Source of the DNA: a virus
Taxonomy: Duplodnaviria; Caudoviricetes
IMG/VR virus record: IMGVR_UViG_3300021431_000093
Span: 36,005-100,004 of that record
Reading direction: 5' to 3' (one strand)
Length of the DNA: 64,000 nt
Shown piece after piece: positions 58,955 through 64,000 of this stretch (positions are counted from its first letter, which is position 1; every line of letters starts with the position of its first letter). Under the pieces are notes generated by a model. The model saw only the letters and a program-made list of their open reading frames with translations, ran no database searches and was not told where the DNA came from. Made by a program: the position numbers and the translations under genes.

Positions 58955-59845
58955 CTATTTTTTATTTATTTCATAAGAACATTTATCTATTAAAAAATTT
59001 AAATGTCTGTATTTTTTATATTGAAATGATGTGTTAGTTGTGCATAACTTAACAAGTATATATCTATTTGGTATTATTACATTATATACCTCTTTAATAT
59101 ATCTAGCTATTTCATGCCAGTTTGTTGATTCAATATTATCAATTTTAAATATATACTTACTAAATCCTTTTGACATATTAACTTCTTCACTGTACTTTAA
59201 TCCTGTTTTCACCTCTCTTAATTTATTTATTATTTCATCACTAAATTTTAATCCAGTTTTATGAAGTATTCAATTTTCATCCAGATTTAAAGCATCTTTC
59301 ATATCCATAAATTTTGATTCATTAGTTATAGTATTATAACATGCAACTTTACCAGATTTTGAATTATGTAATTTATCACGTGTTTCTTGTGATACATTAT
59401 GTCCAGTTAATGATTTACTTATATTATTACATCATTCATCAGTTCTTTCAATTTCCTTACAGGATTCTGATATTTTTTGATTTCTTTTATCTTTTTCATC
59501 TTCTGTTAAATTTTTATTCAATTCATTTACATATTCTCAACCGCCATTTCCGCCAGCTAAAATATTATAACCGACGTCAGGGTTCATGCTATCAAGTTTC
59601 TTTATTCAGTAAATTTCTTTTTCATTTAATTCATCAATTGTAGATGCGGTATCCAATTCCTCAGCAATAAAATTTTCTATACCATACTTATAAAATGCAC
59701 TATATAGATGTGAACAACCTCTATTACCTTTCAATCATAATTTATATGATTTTTTATGACTTTGAAATCTTTTTTCTATTGTTGATGTTGTTTTGCCTAC
59801 ATATATTTTGTTATTTACTAAATTAATTATCTTATAAATAAACAT
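58955..59845 (-). mobile_element. Free-standing GIY-YIG homing endonuclease with NUMOD3-like repeats (296 aa, code 4)
   Basis: FIYKIINLVNNKIYVGKT..IEKRF..H, E..WI, GYNI..GG; five TGA. Confidence 0.88.
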
Positions 59846-59853
59846 AAAAAAAA

Positions 59854-59915
59854 AGAACTCCTTTCTAGCCTGACAACTAGCAGGGCGCCCGATGCCAGAC
59901 TAGAAGCCAAGTTCT
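59854..59915 (-). promoter_or_regulatory. Structured 5' leader sequestering the endonuclease RBS
   Basis: AGAACT/AGTTCT and TTCTAGTCTGGCA/TGTCAGGCTAGAA pairings flank and partly cover AAGGAG; TATAAT at 59921-59926. Confidence 0.65.
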
Positions 59916-60018
59916 AATATATTATACACTAAAATGCGGAGCTCTTTTTATCACCTCAATAAAATTTTTTAAGTTAAATTTCTAAAACCAAAATTAAATT
60001 TGGGATTTAGAAATATTT

Positions 60019-60306
60019 TTAAAACCAAAATTTATCAAATAAATCCCAGAGATTGAGTTTATTCAGTGCTGGAAGATCATCTGATGTAAGGGTTATATGA
60101 TAACTCTTATAATCTTCAATGAATTTTTCTCTTAATTCAATATACTTCTTATACGCTTCATTGACTTCTTTAGCACGTTTTGCTCTTTCTTCCTTTTCAG
60201 CTAACTCTTTAGCATGTTCCTCTTCATACTTCTTTTCAGCTGTAAGGCATTCATCCTCTGTTTCAAATTCTTTGTTTAATACTTCTGACTTGTAAATTGT
60301 TTTCAT
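60019..60306 (-). CDS. Hypothetical coiled-coil protein
   Basis: AAGGAGG RBS. Confidence 0.7.
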   Translation of the reverse strand: MKTIYKSEVLNKEFETEDECLTAEKKYEEEHAKELAEKEERAKRAKEVNEAYKKYIELREKFIEDYKSYHITLTSDDLPALNKLNLWDLFDKFWF

Positions 60307-60398
60307 TTAAATTTCCTCCTTATGAAATTAAATTCTTTTTCGTAATCCTATTTACGAATTTATATAACAATTACTTGAGGTGTAGAGTAACTTATATA

Positions 60399-62249
60399 TT
60401 ATACAATCTTTTCAGTGTAACGACATTTAGGGAAACCAGGACAAGCAAGAAAATCTCCAAATCTTCCATGTCTTTTCACTAATGTCCTACCACACTGCGG
60501 ACAAACTTTACCTTCAACTTCTTCAGCTTTTTCTTTCTCACCTTCAACTCCTCTTGATCCTTTAATTTGATTTTCAAGGTCGAAGTAAAAGTCTTTCAAA
60601 TAATCAACTCTACCTAAATCACCTTTAGATATTTTATCAAGTGATTCTTCCATTTTAGCTGAATAATCATAATTAACTATATCAGGAAATGCTTGATCAA
60701 GGAAATGTGATAATTTAATTCCTTTTTCAGTAGGTGCTAATGCTTTACCTTGTTCTTCACAATATCCTCTTGTAGGATCAAGTAATGTACCTATAATAGT
60801 TGCAAAAGTTGATGGTCGACCTATACCTAAATCTTCAAGTTTCTTAACTAATGTTGCTTCTGAATATCTTTTAGGTGGAGATGTTTTCTTTTCTTTTAAT
60901 TCAAGGTCTTTAGCATCAAGTTTTTCTGATACACAAATATCTAGACCTTGTACAATATCTTCTTCTAAATCATACACTTTGTAGAATCCAGGAAACTTAA
61001 TGGAATGTTCAGAATATACAAACTTATATACTCCATTTTTAATGATAAAATCTACATCAGTTATGATTGCTTCTGACATCATCGAGGCAACAGTTCTGTT
61101 ATAGATTAATGTATATACCTTAATCATCTGTTGATCAGCTATGTAACTTGATAATCTTTCAGGAGTCATTGTTAAATCAATAACCCTAAAACATTCATGA
61201 CCATCTTGAGCATTCTTTGATTTCTTTACCTTTTTAGTGTCTCCTGAGAGATATTCCTGACCGTAATTTTCTTTAATAAAGGTCTTCAATGTTTCCTTAA
61301 ATTCAGGATCCATTTCAGTTGAATCAGTCCTTAAATAAGTAACTAATGCTACGTGCTGTCCACCTATATTGATACCTTCAAATAAATGTTGAGCATAAGT
61401 CATAGCTGTTTTAACTGAATATCCTAATTTACTTGACACTTCCTGTTGGAATGTAGAAGTTGTAAAAGGTGGTTTAGGTGATACCTTTCTGTCATTGCTT
61501 TGAATATCATGAACTATATAAGGATATCCTTTGCAGTCTGATACAACCTTTTCAGCAAATTCTTTATCTTCAATAGTAGGTTTATTTTTCTTATCTTTAA
61601 TTAATCCTTTATATTGAGCTTTGTACTCTTTCTTGTCTTTTATAAAAGGTAACCAGATTTCATAATATGTTTTAGGAATAAAGTTATTAATTTCCTCTTC
61701 TCTTTCAACAATAAGTTTTAATGCTGGAGATTGACATCTACCAACTGATCTACATCCTACTTTATTTCTTGCTATAGGACTCAATCTGTAACCAACTATC
61801 TTATCTAATGAAGCTCTCGCTAATGCCGCATCAGCTAGATTCTCATCCAATTTACCGGGATGATCAATAGCTTCAAGAACAGCTTTTTTAGTGACTTCAT
61901 GATAGGTAACTCTTTTAAACTTCTTGACAGGGATATTAAGGAAATTCTTAAGATGATATGCTATTGCTTCACCTTCCCTATCAGGGTCAGTTGCTACATA
62001 AACTGTATCAGCTCTTGATACAAGTTCTTTAAGTTCCTTGACTGTTTCCTTTTTCTTGTCATCTATTACAAAATCAATATCAAAGTTTCCTTTGACATCA
62101 ATTCCAAGATTATATAATCCACTATCTTTTATTTTTGCTATATGACCTACTGAAGCCTTAACCTTAATATTAGGCGGCAGAAACTGTGAAATAGTTCGAA
62201 CCTTATTAGGACTTTCAACGATCATTAAACAAAATTTATCTTTACTCAT
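60399..62249 (-). CDS. topA: DNA topoisomerase IA
   Basis: IVESPNK, ATDPDREGE, GRCQS, TYLRTDS, GIGRPST, C-terminal zinc ribbon. Confidence 0.96.
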   Translation of the reverse strand: MSKDKFCLMIVESPNKVRTISQFLPPNIKVKASVGHIAKIKDSGLYNLGIDVKGNFDIDFVIDDKKKETVKELKELVSRADTVYVATDPDREGEAIAYHLKNFLNIPVKKFKRVTYHEVTKKAVLEAIDHPGKLDENLADAALARASLDKIVGYRLSPIARNKVGCRSVGRCQSPALKLIVEREEEINNFIPKTYYEIWLPFIKDKKEYKAQYKGLIKDKKNKPTIEDKEFAEKVVSDCKGYPYIVHDIQSNDRKVSPKPPFTTSTFQQEVSSKLGYSVKTAMTYAQHLFEGINIGGQHVALVTYLRTDSTEMDPEFKETLKTFIKENYGQEYLSGDTKKVKKSKNAQDGHECFRVIDLTMTPERLSSYIADQQMIKVYTLIYNRTVASMMSEAIITDVDFIIKNGVYKFVYSEHSIKFPGFYKVYDLEEDIVQGLDICVSEKLDAKDLELKEKKTSPPKRYSEATLVKKLEDLGIGRPSTFATIIGTLLDPTRGYCEEQGKALAPTEKGIKLSHFLDQAFPDIVNYDYSAKMEESLDKISKGDLGRVDYLKDFYFDLENQIKGSRGVEGEKEKAEEVEGKVCPQCGRTLVKRHGRFGDFLACPGFPKCRYTEKIV

Positions 62250-62535
62250 CTATATAAACTCCATCAGTACATGTTCTTTTTAGGAATTGTTTTCTAATAT
62301 CTGTACCTGTAAGAATATTATACACATCATAAGAACCTTCATAATAGTCATCATTTCTCAATGGTCCTATTTCAAGTGAAGCATCATATATCTTACTTAC
62401 ACCATTACGAATAACTCTTATCTGCTCATCTCCTGCAAATAAAGTAATTCCTATAAAGGAAATACCTTTATCATAAATATCTATATCAAGGTCCTTAGAA
62501 TCATTCATGAAATTCATAATATTTAATTTAGGCAT
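62242..62535 (-). CDS. Hypothetical protein
   Basis: AGGTG RBS; overlaps the topA start. Confidence 0.6.
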   Translation of the reverse strand: MPKLNIMNFMNDSKDLDIDIYDKGISFIGITLFAGDEQIRVIRNGVSKIYDASLEIGPLRNDDYYEGSYDVYNILTGTDIRKQFLKRTCTDGVYIDE

Positions 62536-62561
62536 TTGTATCACCTACCACAAAATAAAAT

Positions 62562-62870
62562 TTAAAGATTTGTATATTGAATTGTACAATACTTACTCAT
62601 TTTATTATCAATAACATCTTTTACATCTAATATTTTATCAATATTAAATTTACTACGACCAGTCCTATCATTATACACAAAATATCCTTCACAAAAAGCT
62701 ATTGGTTTACCACCTTTAAATGCTACTAATTTCTTTACATATGGAATTCTATTTTTAGATATTCTCCATTCATTTGCTACAGCATAATAAATACCTTTTT
62801 CTTCTACATTATCATCATTAGTTATTTTTACGTTAATAGCATTTTTTGTAGTGTCTTTCAAATTTTTCAT
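62562..62870 (-). CDS. Hypothetical protein
   Basis: Intact ORF. Confidence 0.6.
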   Translation of the reverse strand: MKNLKDTTKNAINVKITNDDNVEEKGIYYAVANEWRISKNRIPYVKKLVAFKGGKPIAFCEGYFVYNDRTGRSKFNIDKILDVKDVIDNKMSKYCTIQYTNL

Positions 62871-62897
62871 ATTATTTCATCTTACCTTTCTTTATTA

Positions 62898-63170
62898 TTA
62901 AATTTTATATCTTTCGATAATTAAATCTCTCCAGGCTTCAAAAGCAAAATTAACTTCATTTTCATCCAAACTACTGGACAGTTCATATAAAATATCAATG
63001 TCTTTATCTAATTCAGGATCATCAATACAATCAGTTGATCTTTGAATTACACAAATACCATCATTATTAAAAGGACATAACCAATTATTACAAGTATTAA
63101 TAAAGTATCCTTGTTCATAATCTTTATATAATGCTTCTCTTTCTGCTGGATATAAGTTAATAGTCTTCAT
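62898..63170 (-). CDS. Hypothetical protein with Cys cluster
   Basis: GAGGT RBS behind an early promoter. Confidence 0.65.
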   Translation of the reverse strand: MKTINLYPAEREALYKDYEQGYFINTCNNWLCPFNNDGICVIQRSTDCIDDPELDKDIDILYELSSSLDENEVNFAFEAWRDLIIERYKI

Positions 63171-63188
63171 ATCTTTACCTCTATTATT

Positions 63189-63217
63189 ATAGTAACAAAT
63201 AAAAAGAGGATTGTAAA
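63189..63217 (-). promoter_or_regulatory. Early sigma70-type promoter overlapping the tRNA terminator
   Basis: TTTACA-17 bp-TACTAT with TGn extension. Confidence 0.7.
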
Positions 63218-63231
63218 CTAGTTACAATCCT
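63201..63231 (-). terminator. Terminator after the tRNA
   Basis: AGGATTGTAA...TTACAATCCT plus CTTTTT. Confidence 0.7.
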
Positions 63232-63257
63232 GAGGTAAGAAAACTAACAATGACAAA

Positions 63258-63332
63258 TGGTTGCAGGTAGAGGAGTTGAACCTCTCTAATCGGATTATGA
63301 GCCCGAGCTGGAACCGATCCAGTTAACCTGCG
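63258..63332 (-). tRNA. tRNA-Met(CAT), initiator type
   Basis: C1:A72 mismatch; TCGGG-CTCATAA-TCCGA anticodon arm; GGTTCAACTCC T-arm; encoded CCA. Confidence 0.9.
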
Positions 63333-63334
63333 AT

Positions 63335-64000
63335 GTGAAAGTGGGTAACCTTTACGTTACAAGGTAGCATCAAACCGCCTTACAACAACCACTTGAGGAT
63401 TGGAAAGTTCCTGTTTTATGTCCGCACGAACTTACAAGGTGGACCCGCTACTATTTTTACAACGATGTACCTTCCTTCAATATCATCAAGGACCATGAAG
63501 GATAGGTTGTAGTGTAAGGTTTATCGTGAACCTAACCCCGTAGTTATAGTCCACGGTGCCTATGACTTGCCTTAGTGCGTTGATACATTAGGTGACCAGT
63601 ATCAATATGGTGCCATTGGCGAATCCACCTAATCGCACATTTCAGGATTTCGTACAGCCAAGTTCTGTACACGGCATATTTTATGAGGTTTTACTTCGTA
63701 TCTTTCTGGAGTGTCTCCTCCACAGGCTTACTAATCACCTCCAACCTGTAACCTTGTTACATCCAATTTATAGTCATAGTGGACTTGAAGTTTTTTCTGG
63801 CACGGGTTCTTACTTCCAAACCTAATATAACGTCAGCCAACTAACGAATACTTTTCTCACCAGGATTCTTATAACCACTTTCGTGGGAGACATTATGGCC
63901 TAACGAGAGGTATAGTATCAACCTGAAATTTGATTTAGGTAAGGATTTGCACCTTACAACCTTTCTGTGTTTGAAAGCATGGTTAAATGACAAACCATGC
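63335..64000 (-). ncRNA. Candidate structured non-coding RNA region including tRNA-like elements
   Basis: No credible ORF, higher GC than the rest, dense hairpins, next to a tRNA. Confidence 0.5.

Noticed and set aside
59480-59640. ELNE and NLTED in the GIY-YIG protein (and SLNE in RecA) as protease sites
   Set aside because: ELNEKE is part of the GIY-YIG catalytic helix; these show the motif also arises by chance, so isolated hits were not counted
58955-59845. Group I intron around the GIY-YIG gene
   Set aside because: Flanking genes are intact and no intron core is visible; treated as free-standing
1-59845. TGA as Gly (code 25) or selenocysteine
   Set aside because: Paralogous repeat positions and family motifs require Trp
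63970-63982. Possible tRNA-Trp(TCA) suppressor from TT-TCA-AA on the minus strand
   Set aside because: Flanks CATGC and CACAG do not pair, so there is no anticodon stem
1-64000. Plus-strand ORFs in the track (e.g. 3377..3886, 43145..43540, 59341..59643, 63592..63825)
   Set aside because: Mostly antisense shadows of minus-strand genes; no RBS or recognisable motifs

Overview
64 kb of a low-GC tailed phage with T4-like (myovirus) morphogenesis genes. Essentially all genes are on the minus strand. The supplied ORF track is fragmented because this phage reads TGA as Trp (genetic code 4). Reading through TGA rejoins terminase, neck, sheath, tube, tape measure, fibres, a putative holin, four glycosyltransferases and a GIY-YIG endonuclease, and internal repeats carry TGA and TGG at the same Trp position. 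From right to left (direction of transcription): a tRNA/structured-RNA region; early genes under sigma70-like promoters (TopA, RecA, KTSC, small ORFs) that use only TGG for Trp; a block of large multi-module proteins; tail fibres with an embedded glycosyltransferase cluster; then terminase, portal, protease-scaffold, major capsid, neck, tail and baseplate genes. The best candidate for an undescribed system is the set of late-expressed cargo polyproteins, up to 1560 aa once TGA is read through. They start with a short MK..L-x-E leader and are punctuated by (L/I/M/V)-x-E motifs of the kind T4 gp21-type prohead proteases cleave. They carry three different nucleotidyltransferase-like folds, a PD-(D/E)xK nuclease, LRRs and an ArdA-like acidic module. 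All assignments come from motif reading by eye; no database searches were run.
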